A model generated the notes under the pieces. It did not search any database. It worked only from the letters and a program-made list of their open reading frames with translations, and had not been told where the DNA came from. The position numbers and the translations under genes were made by a program. 64,000 bases of DNA from a virus (Duplodnaviria > Caudoviricetes), in the IMG/VR virus record IMGVR_UViG_3300028048_003180, positions 32,001 to 96,000 of that record, one strand, 5' to 3'. Shown one piece after another: positions 8,507 to 19,300 of the stretch (positions are counted from its first letter, which is position 1; every line of letters starts with the position of its first letter).

Positions 8507-11500
8507 ATGGCAGACATAGAATTAAACCTTAACGGCAATATTGTAAACCAGTTCAAGGCATTGGCGAAGGAAGCCAGTGAAGCACAGAAGTCCATCGAAA
8601 GGCTCAAGAAGCAGATGGAGTCCATGACGGCCAAAGGTTCCCCTGCCTTCAACAGCAAGACAAGCCAGATACTGTCATCTACAAGCTTTAGCTCCATACA
8701 AGACTTGTTTGCCGAAATCAAGTCAAACAAGCTTATGGGTGCGCCTGGAGGAACCCAGACGGCACAAGCTGCAAAACAGCTTACAAATCTCCGCAATATA
8801 CTGAAAAGCGTAGGCAACAAGGAACTCCAGGAAGACATAGGCGGCGTAACGGGACGAATAGATAACGTCGTAAGGGCGATGAGCGGAAAAGCTCCGGGAA
8901 AGAACCCTTTGTCGCAGGTTATGATACCTGACGCTCAGCTCAAGGGGCATGAAGAGGAGATAAAGAAGTCCATACTTGGAATCTCCGACTACATCATAAA
9001 GCTTGAGAAGTCACTTACTGGAATAAACAGTGTTGCTCAAAAAGAGTACAAAAAGGCAAACCCCAGCAAGACTGCCGCAGGAACGAAGATAAGAGGCAAG
9101 GACTTCTCGTACGACTACGACCGCTACCAGAGTGACGCAAAGTATGCAAAGCAGGTTGACGAGCTCAAGCTGTACTACCAGAGGAAAGCCGACAACTATG
9201 GAGACATAGGAAAGTCTGCCCTTCAAAATGCCGCATTGAAGGGTACGAAAGTTTTCGGAGGAACAAACGGAAACTACAATGGATTCTGGAGTGAATTGGC
9301 ACAAGGCTTCAAGAACGGCATAAATGAAGGCTTGAAGGACTTTGACATCGGAGAGCTTCTCAGCAACACCATAAAGAAAGGTGGAAAGTCAAGAAGACAG
9401 AACAAGGTTCTCGACAAGTTCGGCTACGACTCTGAATTTATCCTTGACACTCAGGCTGCAATGAAGACTAAGAGTTTCCAGCAGTTTGCCAAACAACAGA
9501 GGGAAAAGTTCGGCGACCTTGGAAAACAAATGACTGACAGGGATATAATGAGGGGTGCTACAAAGAAAGACAGGGCAAACCTCCTTAAGCAGATAAAAGG
9601 AAACAAGGAAATAGACTTCTCCCAGCTAACCAAAGGTGACAAGTCAAAAGTGTTTGCAGGTCTTGTAAATAACAAGGGTGCTACATCAATGATGGGTGGC
9701 CTAAAGCTGGGAGGTGTGTTCCTTACCGCTGCGGCAGGAGTGGGAAAACTTGCCGAGGTAGCGGGAAAATTAGGGACCGAAGCGTTAAAAGCCTATGAAG
9801 GTGTCCAGCAGCTCCAGACCCAGTTGGGCGTTGTATTCGGAAGTACAGTACAGTCTGACAAAATGTTCAGCCAGATTGAGGGGTATGCAAAAAAATCCCC
9901 GTTCGGCGTTGAGAACATGACACAGCAGGCTATCCTGCTTAAACAGTCTGGCGTGTACGCATCAGAACTTATGGACACCATGAAGCGCATAGGAGACATA
10001 TCTTCAGGCAACAACGAAAAGATGAAGTCTATCTCTGAAGTATATGCCAGGGTCATGTCGTCCCAGAGGGTTACAGCCCGTGACATGAGGCAACTTTCCA
10101 CTGCCGGGGTCCCGTCCTACTCTGCCCTTGCAGATGCTATGGGCGTAGAAAGAGGGCTTGTAAGGGGAAAACTTCAAAGGGGAGAAGTTTCAGCCGTTGA
10201 CTTTCAGAAAATGATCGAGAGGCTGACGGACAAGGGCGGAATGTTCTACGGAGCGACAAGCAAGGGTGCAGAAACGTTTGCCGCAAGGAAGCAAAATCTT
10301 GCTGACTCAAAACAGATGGCCATGTCCAGCCTTGGAGACCTTCTTACAAGACTGGGTTCTTCAACCGGGCAGTCAAGGGACGGCTGGTATGCAGGCGTAT
10401 TAGGATGGCTTGAGGGTATTTACAACGGAATCGAAGAGGTCGCTGCGAATACTGCCAAAGAAAAAGATGTTGAAGCCCCTGATAAAATTCTGGAAGAAAT
10501 CAAAAAGAGGGAGGATATACTCCGCGACCCGACAAACAGTGCGGATGTCAATGCGGGCACTATTGGCGGGCAAATCAAGCTGATGAATGAAATTGAAGAC
10601 CTGAAAAAACAGCTTCCTGCCGCCTACGCAAAAGCATTTAGCTCAGGCTCTGACCTTTATGAGAGGGAAAAGAGAAAGGGCGGCTCTGTCTACAACTTGT
10701 TCCAACAGGGTACAGGGGCAAATTTTGAGGTCAGGGACAAGTGGGGACAGATTGATGAGGAAGCAACGAAAAAAAAGATAAAGGAGCAATACGAATATTA
10801 TAAAAGACAGTCCGATTATCATTATTTCGCAAAAGCGGATGTTGGCACTCCCGGATATTTTACAGATTTGTATGAAAACTATGCAAAGCACTCTGGTGTA
10901 ACCCGCTTGGACCAAAACAAGGTTAGCAAGCTTCAGGCAGCGGGATTTGGAGACGAGAGTGCGGGTCTGGGCTTGGAAGATATTATCAAAAGCTTCGAGG
11001 AATCTATTCATCCTGCAAAGTATGCTGTCGAATATTATTTCTCGTCCCTTATTCAAGCAACACAGGAAGGAGCTGACGACTTAAACCATCAGATAGAGAA
11101 TGTAAAGGACACGTTTACAAAAAGTGGAGAGGTTAATTTTGGGAAAACCGGACTGGAAGGGTACGGCGCACAGCACCTTATGACCGCCGCAAGGGATGAC
11201 TACCAGAACAACAGTCCTGTATACCAGATGTCATGGAAAGACCAGAAAGCTTACTGGGATGAGCAGGCAAAGAAGGAAATTGAGCTATACTCATCAAAAA
11301 CAAAAAAAGGAAAGGACGAGAACGGCAACGACATATATGACATGTCCGGCCTGACTGCAGAGGAAATGCAGAGGGCAAGGGAGCTTCTTATGACTTCCCA
11401 TGAGGACATAAGCTTGTTGGCCCACCCGGAAAATGCAATGGCGGACGGCGAGCTTACTGACCAAGCAATGGAAGAGGTGGAGATTCTCCGCAAAAACATA

Positions 11501-14500
11501 GAGGAGCTTGGAAAGGTTGCCGAAAACTCCGGCGGGGAAGAAGTCTTTGGCCCGTTTATGAACAATCTTGAGGAGCTGAAAAAACTGCTTGGCCCTGATT
11601 TTGGAAAGGATGCAAAAAATAACTTGCAGGACCTGTCTCGGATGTTCAGCGAAGGGCTAGTGGGAAGCCTTAATACCCAGCTTGAGAATGCAAATATTCC
11701 GCCTGAAGTGAAGGCCAAGCTTCAGGCTATGAAAAACAACACTCTGGCAGCGACACAGACGAAGACATACAATGACGACACTTCATATATCAACCGCCGA
11801 AAGCAGGCTTCCTTGAGGGCTCATGTTTTGTCCAACGTAACGGGAGTCTCAGCAGAACGTGTTGCAAACTCAAAAGAATCATCCGTTATGAACGCCTACC
11901 TCAACAATTTCTCACAGAGGCAGACATTCGCACAGCTTGGAAAGGTTCTCATGCAGAACGGAGCGGAGCTTAAGGATGTTGCAAGGGCAATGCAGGAAGG
12001 CAAGAACGGCCAGAAGTACGGAATGTATGACTGGAACAAGTCAACGTCTTCCATAGAGGAGCAGGCGGCGCAGAAGAACGTAGCCACACAAGAAGCACTC
12101 ATTTCGGCATACCAGCAGCAGATAGACGCATTGCAGGAGCTTACGGTAGGAAGCATAGCAACAAGGGACCAGTGGGACAACCTCGGCTCTCTGTCTGCCC
12201 AGCTTGGCGTTGCATTTGAGCTTTCTGCAAAGACACTTGCGGACGGTACAGTGCAGTTCACTGACGCTACGATACAGTCTGCACATAAGATGATGGAAGA
12301 GCTGAACCTTAAGAAGTTCAACCAGCAGATGAGCACGATACTTAACAGTACCATAGACAAAATCAGGGGAGAGCAACGCGATACAGGGTTTAAGTCTATG
12401 GTCATATCAGGAGGCGTTCCCTCAATAGGCCGTGTAAAGACGGCTGACGTGGAATCCTACGCTGGTGTTATGTCGGCTCAGGCCAAAGAAATTAGCAAAA
12501 CAGATAAAACCACGCTTGTTAACTCTCTGCTTGAAAAATCAAGAAGTGTTTATAGCTCAGAAAAAGAGGCAAAGGCGGCTGCGGAAATATTTACAAAAGC
12601 TCTTGGCGATGAAGCAAAAAAGATTGCTGTAAAGGAAAATGTAAGGGCTGCTTATTCGGGCGGACCGGCAAGTTTCAGTTCGGTAGATAAGTTGGCAAAG
12701 GAAAGAATGCGGGCAGATTTTGAGAAGACAAAATTGGATCCTAAAGAATTCAAGGATTGGGCCTTGCAAAAAGTTAATTGGGGAGATAGAAACCAGTCAT
12801 TATATAACAAGTATTATGCTTTAGCCTTGAGAGATTCAGGATATAAAAACTGGCCCACGATTAACGTAGAAAGAAATTTCACCCCGGGAAATACAAGTGC
12901 AAGTGGTACTAACTTCCGCCTTGCCTCTGTGAATGGACAAAAAGAGTCCGCATACATAAAGGAAAGTATGTCAGAAAAGCTCGATAAAGGTTACGGATTG
13001 GAAGGCTTTTCTAAAAAAGACGCAGAGGATTTGGTTGATAAGATACTCTCGGCATTGGATGCAGGAAGCCTGCCGAAAGAGTACGAGGGGTTATTTCTTG
13101 TTCTTACAGGACTTCAAGGGGAAGCTGAAGGTCTCAAGGCCGTCATAGAGGATAATACTCAGGCACAGATTAAGAATGCGGCAACACAAGAGGTTTTTGC
13201 ACACAATGAAAAACTGTTTGACTTCCTCGGCTCAAAAGGCGTGTTGGGAGAAGAGGCAAAGACCTTGGAAAACAGCAAGGCTTTCTCTGAAATGAACCCT
13301 AACAATCCTCTCCTCCATAAAATTAACAATCCATTCCAAGATGAGCTGCTTGAATTCAATGGAATGGACAGGAATGTAAACTACAAGACTTACAGGAGAC
13401 GGCGCGTTGGTGACATGATGGACCTTTCAATGAGCGACAAAAATGGAAATGGGCTTCTTGATGAGGACGAAACGGCAAATAAGCTGAAGGCAGACAAAGA
13501 GACCCATGCGGCAATGAGGGATTATCTTACCAACGGGATGGGAAAAAGGTTTGCCAAGGGACTCTATAAAAATGCTCCTGATGAGATAAAGAAAGAACTT
13601 GGTTCTAATTATGGGGAATTCCAGGAAAAGCTCAAAGGAATGAATGACACTGAACTTGACGACCTGTTTAGTCATTTCAAAGGAGGAGAAGGAGCCTTTG
13701 ACGGTGTAAAGGCAAGCCTTGAGGAAGTCATCGCAAAAATGCAGGAAGCTGGTGAGCATTCTGCAATATTCCAAGACAAACTGACGCAGCTTGGAAACTC
13801 AATAAAAGATGAGGCTCTTGGTGGGGCAATGAACGCGCTCAATACAGGCTTCACAAAAGCCGGAGACTTAGCCTACAAGCTCCAGAACAACCTCATAGAA
13901 GGTGCTGACGCTACAATGGAAATGAAGAAAACCCTCGCGGGTGTAGCGGCAACCATGCTCCAGAACATAGGCTCGACAATGACTGACACAGGCCTTAAGA
14001 TTGCAGGAGGAGCTGCAATGGATAGGAACTGGGGTATGGTTGCAGCAGGCCTTGCCCTCGCGGTTGCTGGTGGCGCGGCATCCTTCGGCGGTGGTATGCT
14101 AAGTGCCTTTGCAAGCGACAACAACAAAGGCAATAGTGACGAGGCGGAAGACCAGCTTGCAAGGCTTGAGGACTTAAAGGACAACCTTGCTGAGCTTCTC
14201 AAGCAGGCAAAGGACGATGCCATCTACTACGAGACCAACATGAGGAACAAGCAGGCTCTCGTATTCAATGACGCACTATCAAGCACGAGCGTTAACGATG
14301 CCATCATCACTCCTAGGGGTGTAGTAAATACTGCTCCTGATGACTACATCATGGCCATGAAGGACCCGACTCAGCTTATGGGAAAGGGAGACGGCGGAAC
14401 CAACGTAAGCTTCTCAATCGTCAATGAATCGGGCACTCCGATGACCGTCACAGGCTCCGAGACAAGGCAGAACGGAGACACGACCGAGATAACGGCAATC

Positions 14501-14599
14501 GTCAACGCCATAGTACAGAAGTCCATGAATGACGGTGAGTATGACGACGTTATGGCGGGTATGCAGCTCAGACAGAGGGGAAGCCAGATTTCTTCCTAG
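8507..14599 (+). CDS. Tape measure protein
   Basis: 2030 aa, helical; tape-measure domain (YAKKSPF...MKRIGDIS.G...VYARV...DMRQL..AGVP..ALAD.MG); hydrophobic segment near C-terminus. Confidence 0.95.
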   Translation: MADIELNLNGNIVNQFKALAKEASEAQKSIERLKKQMESMTAKGSPAFNSKTSQILSSTSFSSIQDLFAEIKSNKLMGAPGGTQTAQAAKQLTNLRNILKSVGNKELQEDIGGVTGRIDNVVRAMSGKAPGKNPLSQVMIPDAQLKGHEEEIKKSILGISDYIIKLEKSLTGINSVAQKEYKKANPSKTAAGTKIRGKDFSYDYDRYQSDAKYAKQVDELKLYYQRKADNYGDIGKSALQNAALKGTKVFGGTNGNYNGFWSELAQGFKNGINEGLKDFDIGELLSNTIKKGGKSRRQNKVLDKFGYDSEFILDTQAAMKTKSFQQFAKQQREKFGDLGKQMTDRDIMRGATKKDRANLLKQIKGNKEIDFSQLTKGDKSKVFAGLVNNKGATSMMGGLKLGGVFLTAAAGVGKLAEVAGKLGTEALKAYEGVQQLQTQLGVVFGSTVQSDKMFSQIEGYAKKSPFGVENMTQQAILLKQSGVYASELMDTMKRIGDISSGNNEKMKSISEVYARVMSSQRVTARDMRQLSTAGVPSYSALADAMGVERGLVRGKLQRGEVSAVDFQKMIERLTDKGGMFYGATSKGAETFAARKQNLADSKQMAMSSLGDLLTRLGSSTGQSRDGWYAGVLGWLEGIYNGIEEVAANTAKEKDVEAPDKILEEIKKREDILRDPTNSADVNAGTIGGQIKLMNEIEDLKKQLPAAYAKAFSSGSDLYEREKRKGGSVYNLFQQGTGANFEVRDKWGQIDEEATKKKIKEQYEYYKRQSDYHYFAKADVGTPGYFTDLYENYAKHSGVTRLDQNKVSKLQAAGFGDESAGLGLEDIIKSFEESIHPAKYAVEYYFSSLIQATQEGADDLNHQIENVKDTFTKSGEVNFGKTGLEGYGAQHLMTAARDDYQNNSPVYQMSWKDQKAYWDEQAKKEIELYSSKTKKGKDENGNDIYDMSGLTAEEMQRARELLMTSHEDISLLAHPENAMADGELTDQAMEEVEILRKNIEELGKVAENSGGEEVFGPFMNNLEELKKLLGPDFGKDAKNNLQDLSRMFSEGLVGSLNTQLENANIPPEVKAKLQAMKNNTLAATQTKTYNDDTSYINRRKQASLRAHVLSNVTGVSAERVANSKESSVMNAYLNNFSQRQTFAQLGKVLMQNGAELKDVARAMQEGKNGQKYGMYDWNKSTSSIEEQAAQKNVATQEALISAYQQQIDALQELTVGSIATRDQWDNLGSLSAQLGVAFELSAKTLADGTVQFTDATIQSAHKMMEELNLKKFNQQMSTILNSTIDKIRGEQRDTGFKSMVISGGVPSIGRVKTADVESYAGVMSAQAKEISKTDKTTLVNSLLEKSRSVYSSEKEAKAAAEIFTKALGDEAKKIAVKENVRAAYSGGPASFSSVDKLAKERMRADFEKTKLDPKEFKDWALQKVNWGDRNQSLYNKYYALALRDSGYKNWPTINVERNFTPGNTSASGTNFRLASVNGQKESAYIKESMSEKLDKGYGLEGFSKKDAEDLVDKILSALDAGSLPKEYEGLFLVLTGLQGEAEGLKAVIEDNTQAQIKNAATQEVFAHNEKLFDFLGSKGVLGEEAKTLENSKAFSEMNPNNPLLHKINNPFQDELLEFNGMDRNVNYKTYRRRRVGDMMDLSMSDKNGNGLLDEDETANKLKADKETHAAMRDYLTNGMGKRFAKGLYKNAPDEIKKELGSNYGEFQEKLKGMNDTELDDLFSHFKGGEGAFDGVKASLEEVIAKMQEAGEHSAIFQDKLTQLGNSIKDEALGGAMNALNTGFTKAGDLAYKLQNNLIEGADATMEMKKTLAGVAATMLQNIGSTMTDTGLKIAGGAAMDRNWGMVAAGLALAVAGGAASFGGGMLSAFASDNNKGNSDEAEDQLARLEDLKDNLAELLKQAKDDAIYYETNMRNKQALVFNDALSSTSVNDAIITPRGVVNTAPDDYIMAMKDPTQLMGKGDGGTNVSFSIVNESGTPMTVTGSETRQNGDTTEITAIVNAIVQKSMNDGEYDDVMAGMQLRQRGSQISS

Positions 14600-14639
14600 T
14601 TTTTGCTAAAAAAAAGCCGGGGGATTACAGTCAGTCATT

Positions 14640-15398
14640 ATGAAGATAGTAGACTGGCCCTCCGGCGTAAACAGGATAGTCCTTAACGAAGCCTCACTTT
14701 CACTGGCAGAGAACGGCGTAGAATCTGACAAGAGCGACAACGGCTCTGAAGTGTCCCGCCTCAAGGCTTCGGGCACTCCAGACAGGTTCCAGGTCTCAAT
14801 GTACTTCTCAAACTCCAGGACTGACTCTTTCTACAGGAACCACACGGATGCCTTGGGAAACCATTACACCGAATGGAAGAAATGGTCGGACTGGTTCAAA
14901 TTCGTAACCATGAACGGTATGCACCCGTTCTACTTCTCCGACATACAGAAGCCTGACGGCGGCGCAAAGATATACAAGATTTCAAGCGGAGGCCTGCCTC
15001 ACGGAACTCCAGCCGGAGAGTACGTCAAGGTCACAATGACATGGATTGAGGTTTTCAACGAGTACATCACCGTCCAGCAGGAAGAGACGCTGGCTGACTC
15101 AATCGACATAAACCCTGGCATGATAGACCTCCGTTTTACTGAAAAGCCGGAGGAGACACCCAAGCTGGAAGATTTCAGGGACGCAGAGGGCAACCCGCTG
15201 TCGGAGTTCTCCGTTGACGACGGGCAGACATGGAGCCCGCTTGTGCTCAATGAGATTGACTATGACGGCCAGAAGTCGGCAATCCTCTACTACGATTCCG
15301 GCATGACGGCAATAGACGGCCAGACCTACTACGTAAGGCTCAAGTACAAGGACGGCGGCTGGATAACAAACGCCTTTACTTACTGTGCGGAGGAATAG
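14640..15398 (+). CDS. Distal tail protein-like
   Basis: Immediately after TMP; WP, F.....G..PF.F.D motifs. Confidence 0.6.
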   Translation: MKIVDWPSGVNRIVLNEASLSLAENGVESDKSDNGSEVSRLKASGTPDRFQVSMYFSNSRTDSFYRNHTDALGNHYTEWKKWSDWFKFVTMNGMHPFYFSDIQKPDGGAKIYKISSGGLPHGTPAGEYVKVTMTWIEVFNEYITVQQEETLADSIDINPGMIDLRFTEKPEETPKLEDFRDAEGNPLSEFSVDDGQTWSPLVLNEIDYDGQKSAILYYDSGMTAIDGQTYYVRLKYKDGGWITNAFTYCAEE

Positions 15399-15401
15399 AA
15401 G

Positions 15402-15971
15402 ATGGCAGACCCTGTAAGACACTTTTCAAATTATGTGCTGGACTCTTCGGCACAGGAATCGGATTCGACGTTCCTTCCCGTCCTTATAGACATAAGGCAC
15501 AGCGGAATCTACTGGGGCCCTGACGCAGGCGGTGAGACCTCTCAGGAAAACGGACACTTGAGGCTTGTCAATGACGTAAGGGGGCTTAGATTCAAGGGGG
15601 ACTCCCCTGCTCCGCTCTGGTATGCTCCCTGTACTTTCTCATTCAAACCCGGCAAGGACGACGGCAAGAACAAGGCGAATGCAAGCGTAACAATTTCGGC
15701 TGCTGACTCAAGGATTATAGAAGTCATAAGGAGCATAGAGGAAGATTTGACATGCCAGGTCGTTGCCCTCTATGCGAAGGTAAAGAACGCAGAGGGTGGC
15801 ATCTCATATACGTTCACGAAGATATATGGCAAGGAGTTTGAGATGACCTCCGTAAACTGGGACGGCATTTCTGCCCAGTGGACGTTGAACCCTGACAGTA
15901 CGCTGGACATGAACACTCCAAGGGACAAAGGCTCATTGTTCAGGTTTCCGTCCGTAATGGTGAAGGTGTAG
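15402..15971 (+). CDS. Minor tail protein (DUF1833/gpL-like)
   Basis: L.DI.H...LRLVND...Y....F.F.P...A.VTIS..D..I...IR...FP pattern; synteny. Confidence 0.65.
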   Translation: MADPVRHFSNYVLDSSAQESDSTFLPVLIDIRHSGIYWGPDAGGETSQENGHLRLVNDVRGLRFKGDSPAPLWYAPCTFSFKPGKDDGKNKANASVTISAADSRIIEVIRSIEEDLTCQVVALYAKVKNAEGGISYTFTKIYGKEFEMTSVNWDGISAQWTLNPDSTLDMNTPRDKGSLFRFPSVMVKV

Positions 15972-15975
15972 CGGC

Positions 15976-16359
15976 ATGGTGGACATATCTGACCTTCTTG
16001 GGGTGCGATACAGGGAGCACGGCAGGAGTACTGACGGCTTTGACTGCTACGGATTTGCCATCGAAGTTGGCAAGAGGTTCGGTTATGAGCTCCCGGATTT
16101 TGACTATATAAGGCACTCTGACCCTTTGTTTGAGGACAAGAGTTCACGGCTTATTGAGGAAGGGTTCGGGAGGAAGATTCCTGTTCCGGTGGAAGGTGCA
16201 ATCCTTCTCTTCCAGAACGTGTGCGGAATGAAGAACCACATCGGAATATACATGGGTGACGGACTGTTTGCCCATTGCGGGAAGGAAGGCAGCAGCATGG
16301 AGCGTCTTTGCGACTGGAAGGACAAGCTTGGAGGTATCTACTTATGGCAAAAGTTATAG
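15976..16359 (+). CDS. NlpC/P60 tail-associated peptidase (gpK-like)
   Basis: G..Y...GR...GFDCYG and HIGIY.G.G.F.H catalytic motifs. Confidence 0.92.
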   Translation: MVDISDLLGVRYREHGRSTDGFDCYGFAIEVGKRFGYELPDFDYIRHSDPLFEDKSSRLIEEGFGRKIPVPVEGAILLFQNVCGMKNHIGIYMGDGLFAHCGKEGSSMERLCDWKDKLGGIYLWQKL

Positions 16360-19300
16360 TATTCAATGACATATTCGACACAAGAGACACCAACGTAATA
16401 GACGTAGAGAAGGTTCAGACGGTAAGGGACGTACTGTACGAGGGCAAGTACAATGTTCGTGACTACAGTTCCCAAGTGGAGGTCTATGACCCTGACACGG
16501 GGGAAACATCATACCTTGCCATAAAGGATGACGGCGGACAGGCACTCAACGTCTGCGTCAAGGTCAACGGGCTTGTGAAGGACCTGTCATACGAGATACA
16601 GCCAGCTGATGCGGTAGTCGTAGAGATACTGCCCGCTTCATCAGTGAGCAAGACCATCGAGGGAACCCTCGGTACTATATTCACAGTGGTCGGCGGCCTT
16701 GCGATGGCAGTGGGAGCTGCAATGCTCACTGTGGGAACGGGCGGTATAGGACTTGCGGTTGGACTTATGGTTGCCGGTGGACTCCTTGTCGCAGCCGGAA
16801 CCTACATGATTATGGATTCCCTTAAGTTCGACTATCCCGATGAGCAGAAGGCAGGCAAGAGCCTGACGGAAGAGCAGAGGAAAAAACTTGAAGGCGCGAC
16901 CAACCAGAACCTTATTGACATGCCGTTCCCTGTGGTGGTCGGCAAGATTGACGTTACCCCGTACACGGTGGGTACGCAGTACAACGAGCTTGTGTACAAT
17001 GGCAGTAGCTGGGACGAATTCTTCGGAAGCAGGATGAGGACGACCCAGCTCCTTGCAATAGGCTACGCACCCCTCCTCCTCAAGGACATTAAGTTTGACG
17101 AGCTTGTGTCAGCCCACAACAACAACAACATACTGAACGGCGAACTCTCGTACCTTAATAATGACAACGACGTTCCCGGACACAGGCCCTCCACGTTCAA
17201 CGGCAAGCCGCAGGTGGCTGACATTGAATCCAAGTGGAGGGGCAACAAGGTAAGGATGGAGATTTCCCAGTTCGGAAGGGACAGGAGTATATATCCGTTC
17301 ACCGTCAAGCAGCAGAAGGTTGACGCTCCACTCCTCTATTGCTATGACGGACAGTATGCCGAGGTTGCCAATGACAGGCACATATCATGGCAGGGGGCAT
17401 CGCTCCAGTGCGGCATGAGGACCAACACCATAAGGTTCTCAGACGGAATTCCCTACAAGGTGGTGGTCGGCATTGACATACCGGGCGGCCTTTGGGAAGC
17501 CAACAACATAAAGGAAAAGACCGACACAAGGTATTCAAAGATACCAATGAACCTTGTCGTTCAGTGGAGGCCTGTCTACAAGTACATATCTGACAACGGG
17601 CTTGACTCTGCGGGTGCCGCCGGTGACGTTTATGACCGCAACAGGGACGGCTACGGAGTCCTCAGATATTCAGGATGGAGGAATTTCTCCGGCACGTCAT
17701 ACCTTGACGGAAAGTGGGCTGGCCCGGTCAAGCAGTGTACGTACACGGGCAACTCCCTGTCCTACTTCGTCTACAAGGACGGCAACACCCCGGCCTACAG
17801 GGACGGTTATTACGGTTACTTCGTAAACAACAGCGGATACACGCTCACGGGAACGTTCCATAAGGTCCAGAAAAAGACTGACGAGGCCACCCTTTACAGG
17901 GAAAAATTTCTTTCCCTCATAAGGGACTGGGAAAGGCAGCATACGACAAGGGAAAGCTACATTAATGCCATATCTCCGACAAAGGGGTACGTCACGGTGG
18001 TCAACGAGGACGGCACCAGGGCGGTCATGCCGTACCAGGCTTACTGGAAGAGCTATATATACCCGGAGATAAAGGAGTCCGTCCCTGATTCCGTCCGCCT
18101 CAGCCTTGAGGACCAGGCCCGTACATACGCAAGGAACAAGGTGGCCTCGCAGGATGCCGACTGGTGCGCCAGCCACCAGAACTACAACAACGGGACGACG
18201 TGGCACAAGATGTCGTCACAGGAGATTATCGACTACAGTAATGCGGGCAAACTCAACGTGTCCTTTCATAATGAAAAGCAGAAGACTTGGGTCGGTCCCG
18301 GTAACTATATCGGAGCACCCCAAGGCTACTGGCATACTGAAACGGTCAGAGTCTACGACTACTCGAGCGCAAGTTCCGACGTTTTAATCCAGAACGGTGT
18401 TCCTTACGCTCAGGACAACCCCTATGCGAATTCAATCGCCCAGATAGAGGTAAATGCAAACAAGGGCCTTTCGGCAGGAACGGGAGCCAACAGCAACCCG
18501 ACATGGTTCGGGGTGAGGTGCTTCTCGCTCGGCGAGTTCTCGCTTGGCAAGACGTTCTACCAGAGGGACATGTCGGAACCGAACTTCCAGTCAGCCCTTA
18601 ATATTGGTGCGAATGACGTTGACAATGCAAAGGACGAGATGCGCTTCGAGATTTGTGCGGAGCTCACCCAAGAGGACATCCTTGACCTCCTGAACAGGAA
18701 CCCAAGGTCCATAAGGGCCGGGGAAGACGGAGAGGTGCCTGAGCTTCTGGGCAAGACGAACTGCATCATAGACTCAATCCAGGTCCGCGTGGTAAGGCTT
18801 ACCCCCTGCTATATCGACAACAACAGCGGGGAGATTAAGTACAAATACTCCGATGTCGTCAAGTGGAGCTACTTGAGGACGTACTGCCTTGACAAGCAGA
18901 GGCTCCTTGACAGCATAGACAACAAGACGGAGGATGCCATAGTCGGCGGCAAGGCAGTCAAGATTGCCCCTATAGACTGCTCCCTTGAGACGTTCGACAG
19001 TAGGGACCCGGACATACATGAGTACCCGACGTGGAACACATGGGACATACTTTCGTTCCGTTCCGTCCCTGTGGCAAAGGAGGACGAGGAGAAGCTGTGC
19101 CTCCTTGGGGTCGAGGCCGAGCCTGACCCGCTGGGTGTCATGTCCGACAGTCTGAACAAGATAAGCCTTACGGCCCATGCCGTCACGCCGTCACTGAGGT
19201 CGAACTACATACGCTATTGGTATACGGATGGCATTGGCTATTGGAAATATGACTCCTACGACACCCTTGAGACGAAGGATTCAGAGGAGCTTTACCTCAC